Origin: Spironucleus salmonicida
Lineage: Eukaryota
DNA: 64,000 nt
Assembly (NCBI RefSeq): GCF_000497125.1
Contig: NC_090596.1
Coordinates: 1,860,001-1,924,000, forward strand
Direction: 5' to 3'
Positions 14,777 through 28,585 of this stretch are shown here, one piece after another. Under the pieces are notes generated by a model, which did not search any database, was not told the origin of the DNA, and saw only the letters and a list, made by a program, of their open reading frames with translations. How positions within the stretch are numbered: the first letter of the stretch is position 1; each line of letters opens with the position of its first letter. A program made the translations under genes and the position numbers.

Positions 14777-17700
14777 ATGACCGATCAAGACTAGAATACC
14801 AAGGCAGAAGCTAAGCCTACCTAGCTCACTTTTTCCTCTTTAGACAAAGATCTGATGGAGCTTCAATAGGATGTGGTGTTTTCATTTATCGGAATTTAAT
14901 TTAAGATAAGCGAAGTTGGCGATGCCGTATGTTACCTAAAAGTAGCCATTGATACTGTTGAAACCCTCAGCCTACTGCACCTCTTCATGTGGCAGCATAG
15001 ACAAGGCCTGCTACTCAGAAGCGACATCCAACTGATCATAATACAAGATGACCTGAAGGATCCTAGTATATCAGTATCTGAATACTGGTGTAACTTGGCT
15101 TCGTTGTCCCTTCAAATGGGGTTTTCCACTATGTCATTTAATGAATATAATGATATTTTGTTATAGAAGTCAACCCATTAGATGATTATAGTATCAGACT
15201 TCCCCAGAATCGACTCTCAGTAGCTAGACACCATGGAGGGATTGAGCAACTTCCAGTTTGATGATAAAATGTCCTATTCCATGAAATTGGTTATTTTGGA
15301 GCGAATTGGCTTGGCTGCCCATAAATAATAGCAATATGCGCATCTCCTGCCAATGATACTAGGCTATAGCGCCTACATTATTTACAATCAAATTATTTAA
15401 TATTAAAAATAGGATATGGAAATTCTTGTTGAAGATGCTGGTTATATTAATAATGTGAAATCTGGTAAAACAATTCATCTCCCAAATTTCCCTCAGATTT
15501 ATATTCATCATGCATAAGAAATGTATACAACTGCAACCCACCCATCTGCAATTTCATATAAAACTACTTTTATAGACTAGAATAGAAATGATAGGATCGA
15601 AAATTTTACAGTCCGTAAAATCACTTAAGTCTTCAAGAATATCTTTGAGCTCCCAGTGCATTTACTAAACATATTAGACTTTAACGATAGCAACTAGTTC
15701 ATCTTCCAGCAAATGTGCGACGTGTCCTACCTGTTCAAGGCGCAGTACTTTGCGGTGTTCTCAGCCTTCTTCCCTCTCGAAAATGCGGTTATGAGCCAGA
15801 GCTCGAGGAGCGGTAAAACTGTCACCCTGCACACCATCTTCTACTTCAACCTGTTCTCGGGGCTGAAAATTCCCATATTGATCAACACTGGATTCACAAA
15901 AGATTCACATGATCTGAAAACGCAGCCTTTATATAATAGAGGTTCTATCGAGATGGATTAAAAACTAAAAACTTTATTTTCCGCTTATCAAAGTCAAACT
16001 GACCTTGGAGATGTTATTAGTAGTAATTTGAAAGATGGAGTTGAATATTCTAAAACGATGGCTTATGTTAAAAAAAAGTGTTTCAACCTAATCAAAACAT
16101 ATGATATGCATACTGCCTAATAATAACTTAAAGGTGCATTTGAGTTATATTTGTAGGGTACGTCAGTATTTTGTGAATTTTCTGTGACCGGCCTGCTTGA
16201 TTTTTTTAAATTTGATCCGAGCGAGCAATTAGAATAAACTAAACAAGTCTTAAAATTAACTACAAAAGCTTTAGATGATGAAATTTAGAAGTTTACACAT
16301 GAAAGAGACGTCGCTAAAAAAATAATAGATACACAAAATTAAGAAGACAAGAGTAAAAAATAGAAAGATATTAAAAAATATGAAGACAGTATTAGAGCTA
16401 TAGAGTAATAAATTGGGATATTGTAGTAGCGTACAGACTATTATGCAACATAAAAAACTTCGATTTAGTCCGATAATGTTGAATCGTATAACTCCAATAA
16501 GGAAGTCATGCTCTTAGTCGATGAGTGTCTGGCCTAACAAAAGGGCAAATATGCATTGTGCACCAGCGCGCTAGTCAGAATAACCTACTAATTCGTTGAC
16601 AAATTTACGAAGAAGGCAAAATATAGTATTGATGAAATACTTAAAAAAATAGATGATATATCAGTTTATTATCTCTCATAATTATTAGACTGGCTAGAGA
16701 TTCGTCAAAATAAATTGCCAATAGATAAAGTTGAGAGTGATGAAGCACAGTAATACTTAGAATAGGCAAAGTAGAAAATAGAATACATCCTTGGTGACCC
16801 TATAGAGATTGACCGATATTTCCTTAGGTTAATACTGTCTGAAGTATTTAAAAATTGTAAAGCTTATAAACTTATTGATCTAATGGGCATTTCGTCACCA
16901 AATTTTATCAACCTTAGAGAGTCATTAATTGTAAAGAAGTCATTCTAGGAAATGATGTCAGATCTTACAAAATATACTACGTTGGAAGTATTTAGAGAGA
17001 AACTCTACTAGTTTCTCCTTATGCTGTACAACCCGCGTGGGATCGAGACTATATTCTGGCGAAACATTTCTTTTGTTATGAATTAAGGAGCTGATACCAT
17101 CAGTTCATTTCATAAGTCAATCGAGGTTAAAGATAAACTAAACGAATATTTGGGCGAATAGTTTGGTACAGAAGAACAGTACATAAAATTCTTCAAGAAT
17201 ATATATGCTATTACTATAAAATTCCCTATATTGAATGTTTATTAGGAAATACCCTTTATCTCAGTAAAAGTAACTCACCTTCTGGCTGCAGGAACTGATC
17301 TAGCCCTTATAAACTTCCTCAGATAAAATTAGTTTCTTTATACTTCCGAAAATAGTAGAGGTAAAACTCCGTATACACAGTCGAATATCCTTGGCACCTC
17401 CTAGATGCACCCTTCTTGTCTGACCTAAAGCTACTACAGGGATATGCGAATTACCACTCAAACAAACAAATCTATGATAGAATAGGTAAACGATAAGGTA
17501 AAAGATATGAGCATCAAGGACTTCTACCTCACGATGATGCCAGAGCTAGCTGCAGAGCTGCAGTTCCTATGCCCCTTGGTGTGCCCATAGATAATTATTA
17601 ATGAGAGTGCAACTAAGTACCTTTTCAATTCCACATACTAATTCTAGTTAATTATTAATTCAAAGTCTATTCTTTTGAATTAGATTTCTTCTCATATGTA

Positions 17701-20700
17701 AATTCACAATTCATTGTTCATAATGAGGAATAAGGATTTAGTTGGAGCTAATTAGTTAATAAATTAAGAAAGCAAAACGGAATTGTTAAAATTGTAGTCA
17801 ATTGCAGAATTTAATTAACAATTACATCTCACTTCATCTTCATCGCTGAATCGAGATGTGGTGTTCGTATTACATTTCTTAGCAAGCTAGAGGTTTCTAG
17901 ATACGCTTACCATGCTTAATGGAGAATCGGATTAAGCCTAACTTAGCCAGTTATGCACTACAGGACAAATCGAAGGCATGTTTAAATAGCAGCAGATATC
18001 AGAAATTTCATCCGCAATAATCCTTGTTATATCCTTGTGTAGATAGTACCCTACTCATATGAGTGGATTAACTAAGCTTTTTAAATAGATTATCAAGTAT
18101 TCACAGTATCTGGAGATTTATGTGAATCCACTGTAGGTCTAATAGAATAATATCACCACGCTGAAAGAAATTTATACAGAGTTTTAGTCGCTTTTTAAAG
18201 GTGCATTTTTCATGTTTTTACAAAAATCTTTCGATAAATACTGGAACGTCGATACGCCAGATATAGATATGTACATTCGTGACGCTATTCAGAACTCCAG
18301 CGTTTGCTATGTAAAGCTAAAACAACTAGGTCTACTATAGAAGGATGAGAAACTTGCGATCGTAACTATTACTGATAAAACTTGCATTTCGAATCTATTT
18401 TTTGAGACATCTCCGCCGATGCCGGATTATCTAATTTCACTATTCGGGGTGGAGGATACAATAAGAGATTCATTTTCTAACAAAAAAATGCTATCAATTA
18501 AGACCCATGACGTGGATGAAGAGAAAGTTTCAAGCATTAATCTGTTGATGGATTCAGGAAACCACACTGGGGAAGAAATGTTTAAAAAATAAAAAGATAC
18601 CGGGATTGCAACATGTTTCCAGGTAACAAATAAATACCAGCAAAACTTCAAGTAGATTTGCCTGCACCACTAGGTGAGTCCATAATATGAAGCAAGAACG
18701 GAAAAAGTAGAAGCATACTAAGCACAGAAAGAGGTGAAGGTTTTAAGTGAAGTAAAAGCCAAAGTAGAATAGCTGAATAATGATGTAGCCCAAGCAAATG
18801 ATAAAGTAGAATAGCTGAAGAACGAAGTAGACGAAGCTGAAGCAGAACTAACTACAGCTAAATTAAAAGTAAAGGAATTAAAGGTTGAAGTCAACCAAGC
18901 GGAAGCAGAACTAACTACAGCTAAATTAAAAGTAAAGGAATTAAAGGTTGAAGTCAACCAAGCGGAAGCAGAATTAACTACAGCTAAATTAAAAGTAAAG
19001 GAATTAAAGGTTGAAGTCAACCAAGCGGAAGGAGAACTAGATACAGCCAAAACCAAAGTTAATTAAGCAGAAACAGAACTAACTACAGCCAAAACCAAAG
19101 TTAATTAAGCAGAAACAGAACTAACTACAGCTAAATTAAAAGTAAAGGAATTAAAGGTTGAAGTCAACCAAGCGGAAGCAGAATTAACTACAGCTAAATT
19201 AAAAGTAAAGGAATTAAAGGTTGAAGTCAACCAAGCGGAAGCAGAACTAACTACAGCCAAAGCCAAAGCAAGCTAACCAAATATAGATGCTAAAAATATA
19301 GTTATTTAGTACGAAAAACGGTAAGAATACGCAATGTTAAATGCAGTGTAAGAGATTGAAAAAGCAGAAAAAGCATTACTATATGCATAATATGCATCAG
19401 TTTCTCCAAGAAAATAGTTTAATATTGAATAGGCAGAGATATAGTTATAATAAGCAAAAGATTGGTAATAAATACTAACAGAAAATACTAATAAAGATAA
19501 TGATATTGAAAAAGCGGCCATAAAAGCGTAAGCTGAGTTTGAAATGTTATAAGCAAAGTATGATAATATTATTCATTCATAATAAATAAAGCATATGGCA
19601 GAAAAAGTAATAAATGTAAATTATTAAACTGAATTATTAACGTAGAATTAAACAGAAGCTATGAACATGACTGCGACTGCGAAATAACGGGTTGAAGACG
19701 CTTAAACAGATTTAACATCCAAATAAATTATATCAAAAGAACGCGAAGATTCTGTAAATGCCGCCAGGAATAAACTGAACAGATTAATAGAAATATTGAA
19801 GAAAAAAAAGGAACGGTAATCTACGACACAGGAAGAAACTACATTATTAATATAACAGGCTAGTAAAGAATTTGAATAGGTATAAGAAAACGCTAAGTAG
19901 CCAACAGCAGACACATTAGTTGCTACATAAAAACATTAAAGTGCAGTGGCAGATTAGAGTTTTGTTGATAAAATGCTAACATGTATAAAAGGTGAGTTAC
20001 TATTAGGAGAGAAATCATAAAAGGATGTACAAATCTAAATAGGGAAACAATCACCTTAAGACTAAGTTGAAATTTAATAATATATGAATATATGGAACTA
20101 GGCGATAGGATTTTAAACACCAACTAACGAATCTGAAACAAATTACGAAGACGTAGGACTATCGGTACTAGACTAGTAACTTGTGTTTGATATGCTCGAA
20201 TTATGTTAGCTATTTGATTAATTATCTTAAATTTAGTTGGCAAAAGAATCGAGTTGCTAATAGTAAATTCTAACCGCATCAAAATATGCGGCACTATCCG
20301 TAATACGACTAACAGAATAATATAACTAAGGCAATAACAGAAAAGTATTATAATAGCATGGCGGTGCAACTCCGAATTAGGTAAAAGTAATGTCAAAAGA
20401 GGAGAATAAGTAGTTACAAAACGTAATATCAGAATGGTGCACTAGCGTTCTAAAGAAAGGATAATAAGCATAAATCGAGATTAGTGATTTTATCACTTAG
20501 TGGAAAAATCTGTTCGGAGTGCCATAAATCATAGTTCATTTTGCGTTTAAAGTGTTATTAAGAAAGATAAAATAATTACTATAGTAATTAAAAGATTAAC
20601 TACAATTGCAGTAAAATATTTAAGATAAGAACGCGAAATCATATTACGGAACAAAAAATACAATTGTAGCTAATTAATTATAATAACCAGAAGAAAAATA

Positions 20701-21864
20701 ATAGTACTAGAAAAACAAATAGTTATTCAATGATAAATTTTTCTGTCTTGACATTTTCTACTTTGTGAACTGTAAACGCAACAGTACTTCTTCTATGTTT
20801 TGCATAGATTATCTAAGAAATATAGAAAATTAGACTGTTAAGAAGATTATCTAATAAAAAGATTTAAACCATTAGAAGAAAAAGACAGAAGAGCCTGCTA
20901 AATAATAAACGGAGGCTTAACCGTAAGTAGATCTTGAAATAAATCAATCCTATATATATTTCAAATTTAACTTACCTATAGAAGCAATTAAAGTTATATT
21001 CGTAGGAAAAACTATATAAGAAAAAAATAATTATTTTTATTTTAAAAAATAAAATGATTAAACTATAGAAAGCGTGTTACTTTAGGCAACGATTCCAATT
21101 AAATGTGGAAAATAGGTTACTAAAGTAGTTACTAAGTAATAGGGTAAATATTTATAAGTCTCATTTAATTTAAATATGAGTCATATTTTTGTAAACTTGG
21201 TAATTTCTATCCATTAGATAAATCCATAATTAAAGGTATTAATGGTATTAATGGCATGTGGATTTCAAATAATTGCTAATCAGGGACTATCAACGCTATA
21301 AAGTTTACAAATAATGTTTTGCTCTAAATTCTAGAGAAAATAAATTAATGTTTACTTGAATCAGCTATAACCTATAAGATACTGGCCAATGAAATTACTA
21401 TAAAATAAGTTATTGTTAAGAAAGATATTATTGGATTTTTGCTTAAAAATCATCTTTTCCCGGTCTCTATCGATGGAACTACTTTAATCGTCGATCGTCT
21501 AACCGAGGACAATAAAGAATTCTTGTACTCTTCGCAGTACGAAATTCTATGCAAGATTGCAATCCTAAAGTATAGAAACGCGCTTTCAGATCCCTAAATC
21601 GAATTCCTGCAAAAGAACGAAACCGAGGTGTTTGATGCAGCATGCAAGTTGATAGAATCTAAGGATGAAATTTTGACATTGAAAGTAAAATATTTACGTT
21701 AAAGCCCTATTGTAGAAGGGTAGAAAGGATATTTTGAGGAGTATTGTTTTGAAGTTTTTTAAACATCCAAAGAGAACTTAATGAATACGTTAACACAGCT
21801 GAATGCGGTTATAGTGGACATCGAGGAAGGCTTCCTCCACGTGATAATTCTTGAGAAAAAGTGA
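14777..21864 (+). CDS. Large P-loop NTPase family protein, paralog B (~2,360 aa) with a long coiled-coil insert; one apparent frameshift near 21,160-21,200
   Basis: ATG 14777 (MTDQDQNTKAE...). Walker A VMSQSSRSGKT (~15788-15820), Walker B VMLLVDEC (~16505-16528), YNPRGIETIFW, LAAGTDLALINF. The start frame hits TGA near 21650; the adjacent frame gives a more protein-like C-terminus ending FLHVIILEKK-TGA at 21864. Confidence 0.82.
18839..19270 (+). repeat. Intragenic coding tandem repeat: five 63-nt units (EAELTTAKLKVKELKVEVNQA), two 42-nt units (ETELTTAKTKVNQA-like) and one partial unit
   Basis: 63-nt units start at 18839, 18902, 18965, 19112 and 19175; 42-nt units at 19028 and 19070. Unit lengths are 3 and 2 heptads. 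Confidence 0.95.
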
Positions 21865-24800
21865 GGGTTTATTTGTTCTACTGCCTGATGTCACTACATG
21901 GGAAACTGGTGGGCTAAATAACTGCTTATTTATATTATCCGTTTCGTATATATTATATTGTAGAATTTTGAACGGCTTCCTTAAGCTAGAAATAAGGAAT
22001 TCCTAAATAAGTAAGGTTTTAAGAATAGATCAAAACTCTGTAAAACATCTCAGTGTTCAGATAATTTTTAAGCATTCTGGCTACATGATATTTTATAGGA
22101 ATTACTTTGCTTCAGCGCTTCAATTGCTAAATATTGGATGCTGCATTTGCGATAAACTTTGTTTCCCGATTTAGATTGGTGAATATCCTTGGTCGAGTGT
22201 GCTAAACATTCTTTTGCACTGGCCGTTTGGCGGTCTAAGATGACACATATTTCCATTATGGCGTCAAGAAAGTTTGCTCGTTTCCGTTTCAAGCGCATTT
22301 ACCATCTTAACTCAAACTGCCGATCAAGTAATAAAAGACAGCCTGGGCCGGCAAGCCGGTCTGCAGTACAATGTAGATACCCAAAATAGGTAAATGTGCG
22401 GTTTATGTTATTTTGAAAAATGGAATTACTGTGCTGAAAGTCTAGCTTCATGTACTACTCCGGGAGTATTAACAGAGCGGTATGGTGGTTTTGAGCTGGA
22501 CCAGTAGCGCATCTGCAAATTTAAAAAATTTAGGATAGTGGTGCTGAATTTAAGCTTAACATATATTGGTGCCTGCAATTTCAATTAGAAGGAGTAGTGA
22601 TTTAATACGATAGTGTATTTTGCTGATTAAAGTGGTTGCAAATGCACCATACTGGCATAGAGCTGATTTACGATACATTAATGATGAAATATTCTATCTG
22701 CAGTTTTCGCCATTAGCAGTGATCTTCGTTCCTGGTATTGCTAAGACATCGAGCCCCTTTATATTTCTTGGTTGAGGCTGGCCATAACTTCTAGGTTTGG
22801 GTTAACAGTCAGTGTTATTATTATGTAACATGACTTTGACAGATCAAAATAGCTGGATATCCTTCGTAATACTTAAAACACAGTCATGTAAACTATTTGC
22901 CAATAGGTAGCTGTAGGTTAATAGAGCAGACAAATTATTTCTAGCAACAGTAACTTGTTTCCGTATGCTAGTATTGCGATAGCGTAAGGAGTTAATATAA
23001 TGACTAAGTATGCTACGTATTATTAGAAGATTATAATTCCTATAATTCTCGCCTCCTGGAATGTACCTCGATTCTGGAGGTAAAACCGATATACAAGACA
23101 CACCATGTGACGTTCCTGACCATATTCATACTTAGTGAATCTGAAACTATTATTTGGCGATCGGTCGATCAGTAATGATGTTATCAAAGGATGTAGGAAA
23201 TTTCACCCCGCCTAATTGCAGTTATGTTACTTACAACTTAAGTAAGAAATAATGCTACAGGCATACTAGATGATACTCAGGTAAGTCAAATTACCATAAT
23301 AGTGGAAGAGAATCTGGTTAGGAGGCCTCGTGACGCAGAAGCATATTACAGCAATAAACTGGACAGCGCGAAATCCATAATTATTGTAGAAACGAATTCC
23401 AGCATACCATGCATAGTACACAACTTATGGGTTGAGCAGCGGGTAGCTGATGACTGTTGTGAGATGGCCTTTCTTCCTCCGAAGATACACGTGGCCTTTT
23501 AATAAAATTACAGACTACATCCGCTGACAGTGGTTAGGAATGCTGAATACCAACGCAGATAATGTAGTAGTGCAGTAGATGAAGATACACATGGCAAATG
23601 TAGATAGGCAGCAGGTAGTGTATATTGTAGTACTTCTGAGGAGTTATATGTTATTTAAAACTTTTAAACTACTTGCATTCATTTACTTTTCAAGTTTTTG
23701 AACACAAACCGCCACGTAGGAGTTGTAGCATGTTTACTATACCAATTTATATTGTATGTTAGTGTAGAATAAGATCTAGATCTTCAGTGTTGCGAATACC
23801 CAGCCTGCAAGCTTGCAAATTATCAGGATAGAGGATTGTGTAAAGAGGCGCATACACAGACTCTCGACTGGCATCTCAAAGCGAGGAAATATATAATTTC
23901 GCTGTCGTATGGTGGTAGCGCGTGTCTATTGGTTGTCAGTTTTCCTCGAGCAGTATCTAGCGTTACAAGTTTCTGTGGCAAGAAATACTAGATCTATAAA
24001 GAAGCATATTGATCATAAATATCTATGAATATTAGCTACTACGAAAGAGGAAATAAATAAAATTTTGTCATGCAAGGAGCAGCTGGAAGTATGGACTCCA
24101 AGGGCCATGCCAATAAAGTTGGTTAGAGCGGAACTGACTGATAATACATTGTCGAGTACAAAGCTAATTGGGCGAATAATAAGAAATCATATCAACTATA
24201 CAAGTACAATCACCTAGAATACCAAGCAACACGCAGTTTATCTTTGTATACAAGTACCAGTAAGTAGGCTGGACAGATAGAACTGTCAGCAGTAGCGAAG
24301 GAAGAAAAATATATAATCTCACATTTGGATCAGTTTTGTAGTTAGAGGTGTATTGATCAGGCTTGGCAAGGCTATCAGTACACTTAGAACCAGGTTTGCA
24401 TTTTTCATAATCTTACGATAATTGCGAAATTCAAATTCAAATCGCGAATAACAAGAATAATACTTACATATGTCATATTATCTCGATAATAGTATGCAGG
24501 TTTTGAAATTTTTATAATTAAATTTAGGTACTCTAATATAATTATATTCAGATAAATATATAGCATCCTATTACATGAAATAGCTATACTTGGAGAAATT
24601 GCTATTGAAGGAACATACTTATTTGCTATATAATAGTTATTGATAGAAATATTTAAAAAGATTATACCGAAACATCGTCACTAGTCTTTTTTAGCCTATT
24701 AAGTCATCGCATACATGAGGTAATAAACTATGCAAACTATAAAAATTATTGCTTATTTAACCTACGGGTAGATTATTACTGACGCAACAACGACTTCTAC

Positions 24801-25675
24801 TACTCATAATAGTTATATCCACGAAATACGTTATCTGAAACGCTATATATCAATAATTTAACCTAAATTTTTCAAAAGCTTATCAATAACTGCTCAACTA
24901 TTTATGCACCCATTTGTGTGTTTAATAATGTAAAATAATAACCATTGGTGCTTTCAAAAATATTGAGCACAATTTCATTTTCCAAGCAATATTCTTGAAA
25001 CAGTTTGAGTTCTAGATACAAATTATAATGGATCAAAAACTTGTAATACATAGCAGTGATGTATTTTTTGGACAGTTTCATACTTAATAATATCACGATT
25101 TTGAGTATATATCATTTAAATATTTGTAGATAGAGATGGATAGAGTGGTATTATTTGCATATCATTTTATAGGCTTTATCGTAAAATACTGTATTTAACG
25201 CAACTGGATTGGGTTTCTTCTAATATGAAATTTATGTTAGGATAAATTAATTGATTTTTGCAATGTATATGAGCATTACTAACAATTTGTATGGTGTGGG
25301 AATGTTCGAGCATAGTAACATATTTATATAACAAAAGAGCACTAGTCTAGAAACAGTACGAATGCCTTTTCAAGAATGTTAAGGCTTATTAGAATGTAAA
25401 TACTAATGTAATTAGTACAGATGCATATTGGTGACGACTACTAATGTATTTATAATAGTTATTGGTAAAGATGAGTTTTGACAAGATTGCAGACTAAGCA
25501 CAGTATATGGTGCAACATTATGAGTCATACATTATTTATAATGAAATTTTCTTAAGAGTAATTAGATAGTCTGGAATATCCTAAATTCAGCAGCGTATTA
25601 ATTTTCTGCTGGTTTACCGCATATTACTGTAAGCGGATTGAATATTTAAGCATGAACGAAAAACATAGCACTGAG

Positions 25676-27200
25676 TCACTTTTCTAAGACACTGCGCAAG
25701 CTACAACCTTTGAGCCGAAAATACCCTTAAGTACGGCATCGCACATCATAATTGGGGCCTTTACAACGCATTGTCTTATTTTCTTAGCTGCTTCTATGCG
25801 TTCATTTTTAGGGATAGGCTTGGAAAGCTATACAGTAAGTCTAACAGCTTCGCCATTCTCAACTGCAGTAGATGTACAAAATGTTCTAAACGGTTCCACA
25901 ATTTCTGGTTTAGCGTAGTTTATGCCGCCTTTGCATTAATTGATTGTGATTTCTTCAATCTCATTGGCATCCCGATTTTTACAAATATGGTACACCCATT
26001 GGGACATAGAACACAAGTGATCTATATTTGAGATTTATCAATCGCCACTTCTTCAAACTTTTCAATGGCGACAGGTACATTACTAACATATTACTTTATA
26101 CGAACGTGCAGCATCTCCGCTGGGACTGCGTGAGCAACCTCCGTCTCTCCCGCAACTTGCATCTCCCAATAACCTTGCTAACACGCATGCTTATTGACTA
26201 CGAATCGAGCTCTTACCAAGGAATTGCGGCGCAGAGAACAATATGTTTTCATCAGCTAGTACAACCGGTGTACCGGGGGCTGCAGATGTTTCCAAAAGAA
26301 GAGCGGCCCTCTTCGGCAGCATCGTCCACCAAATTATGAACCTAAATGCAATTTCCGGCTGAAAGAAGCGCCCGCTAACAAGCTTGAACGAACCAGCCTC
26401 TATAGGCCTGGCTTTTGGATTAACTTTTCCACCCAAAGACACGGCAACTTTATCCTGAGGAATAAGGCCAACCGAGAGTGACAAACAGCCGCATTCGAGC
26501 CTTGTAGTTTTCGTGAGATCTGGCTGCAAAGTTACAGGATCCATCGGAGCAAGGTACACCGCGGCAACCCGAGTTTCCCCAACTAGATTTAAAGCCGTGG
26601 TTACCAGATGGAGCGGAATTCCGAAATCTGTTCAGCACTATTCGATATTTCGCTAAAGGCCAGAGCAGCGCGGTAAGAGCCCGTAGACGCCCAAAGCGCG
26701 CGCCCTCCAAAGTGCACCTGTGGACCATAGTCAGACCGATAGCGCCAGAACCCAGGATTCCACGTTCTTCCCAGGCGGCTACCCGTCCATGTTGATCATT
26801 TGCTGCGCCGAGTACCGGAATGCTCGCTCCCCCTCACGGCAGCCGCTCCCGAAATCAACACCTTTGCCGAGAAGTGCCGCACACAGAGGCCCCTCGTGAC
26901 GGTCGAAATTGTGTACCCGCTGCCAGTTTCTGTGCACTGAAACACGAACGAGTGCATAAGAATGCTCGAATTCGACTGAAGGCAGTCCGCCTCGAGCAGC
27001 TCCGCATACTCGGGCCCGTGAGCTCCTGCTTGTACTTGCAGAGCCCGAAGCCGCCGTGAATGCACTGCGCCAGAATTCACTACCACGTGTGCTATTTTCT
27101 AGCACCAGGTCCGCTTTTCCGAGTATCGTGGCCGTACGCTGCAGTAGCACCAGTCGAGATATTTCAGCACCGTTCGTTCCAGAGCGCGGAAGGCCCAGGT
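25676..27200 (-). pseudogene. Multiply frameshifted FAD/NAD(P)-binding oxidoreductase fused to a DUF1667-type CxxC domain (resembles the C-terminal half of anaerobe/diplomonad glycerol-3-phosphate dehydrogenase fusions)
   Basis: Motifs stitched across frames: [91 protein letters not shown], then ITCVLCPNGC...QCKGGINYAKPEI...KPIPK...VKAPI. Ends at AAGTGA. The 5' boundary is approximate. Confidence 0.8.
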
Positions 27201-27240
27201 GAACATCAGCTTCCAATTGGTATCTTGCGTCTCCTTGCTT

Positions 27241-27578
27241 TCATCGAGTGGCACGCCATCTATGCAGGCGTTGTAACGCAACGTTTCTGACCGCGGGCTG
27301 CTCGCTCTGCGCGAGGTGCCGGAGGATTTCGCCCCAGCTCCCGTCCACCTCCTTCTGGATCTTGAGCCCCAGCTGCTGCTTCTTGGCCCTGCATACCGAG
27401 TTTTTGGGCGAAACGCGGTGCGCGAAGTCCAGCACGAGCTGGTGCGAGGGCGCGATCAGCGAAGTTAGGAGTCTGTGAGCGTGATCTCAATATCTGTTGG
27501 CAACAACTGTGGGGGCAGCGTGAATGCTACGAAAATCGTAGTACTGGATTCCGAGATCTCGTATGACAGGGAAAGCAT
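27241..27578 (-). pseudogene. CS (p23/HSP20-like) domain fragment resembling the DYX1C1/DNAAF4 N-terminus, frameshifted
   Basis: MLSLSYEISESSTTIFVAFTLPPQLLPTDIEITLTDSQLR / IAPSHQLVLDFAHRVSPKNSVCRAKKQQLGLKIQKEVDGSWGEIL matches the CS beta-sandwich pattern ending K....W..L. One frameshift near 27458. Confidence 0.5.
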
Positions 27579-28585
27579 TTTTCAAATGTGGCAAGGGATA
27601 ATATATAAGAATTAATGTATAATATTGTGTAAATGTTTATTCGTAAAACGTGTTTTGCTATATTTTGTATATATCTTGAAAAATGAACTGTGCTCAGAAA
27701 GTCTCCGAAAAGGTAAATCCTTCATTAACGAATATCGTAAAATATGCAGGCGGTGGGAATGCACCGTCACATGTCTGTGGAGCCTTGTATGCAGTTTAGC
27801 TGGCAAATCCCAGTGTATAACCGTTATTGGAGGAATAATTCTCAAAAAAATTGGAGGTGTTGAGTGCAGTGAGCTTTATGGGAAAATATCATGCGATGAA
27901 TTAGTTGAGTATGCAGTCAGTTTAGTAAAGTGATGATTCATTCGTTCTCTTCTAATGTCATTAGAATTCTTTTCTTTGACTTATTGTTTAACTTAATAGA
28001 TTCCGATGTGACGAACTCAATTTTCAGTAACAGAAAATTTCATCAGAATGATTTTCTAAACCCTGGCTACTCCTATTTTTCCTGAACTTGATCTTTTATT
28101 TTTTTGTTTGGATCCTTTTGGATCAGAAATATAGTTCTCTTGAAGCTGGTTAAATATTTTAAATAGTTTTCACTTCATCTTTAGTTAATAAATATTAGAT
28201 TTGTTTATAGTATGAGCCAAATTGATATGTTTCAATCTTATTAATTATTATAAACTTACTATAGTCTTGCATAGTGCTAAGTACATCAGGAGTATGATAA
28301 TAGTTCTATTGTGCAATTTCTTAAGGTAGTACAACTATTACTTCTCTATCTTTATTAAGCAATCTTATTTATTCAACTTTGCTACATACGTTATTACTTT
28401 CAAATTTCTATTTAGTACTAGCTTTCTTATTTATCTTTATGAGTTCATTATTTATTACTAATTCGATGAAAGCTAGGTCATCTCTTTTTCTTCAATCAGC
28501 AGTTTTGCGTTTATGAACTTCACCATTTCTTTGGTTAAAAAATGAAGGTACTATCTTTTAAATATAGATAAAAATTAACAGATAT

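Noticed and set aside
13888-14814. 308-aa ORF (IILYY)n in the supplied track
   Set aside because: Translation of the (TATTA)n satellite. It also overlaps B's real start in another frame.
18839-19270. Regular repeats as a CRISPR-like array
   Set aside because: No unique spacers. These are in-frame coding repeats in a eukaryotic gene.
18427-20396. Minus-strand ORFs with S/T/F-rich repeats
   Set aside because: Antisense shadows of paralog B's coiled-coil region.
26028-27478. Plus-strand ORFs and an rRNA interpretation of the GC-rich island
   Set aside because: Protein motifs are on the minus strand, and no rRNA signature was recognised.
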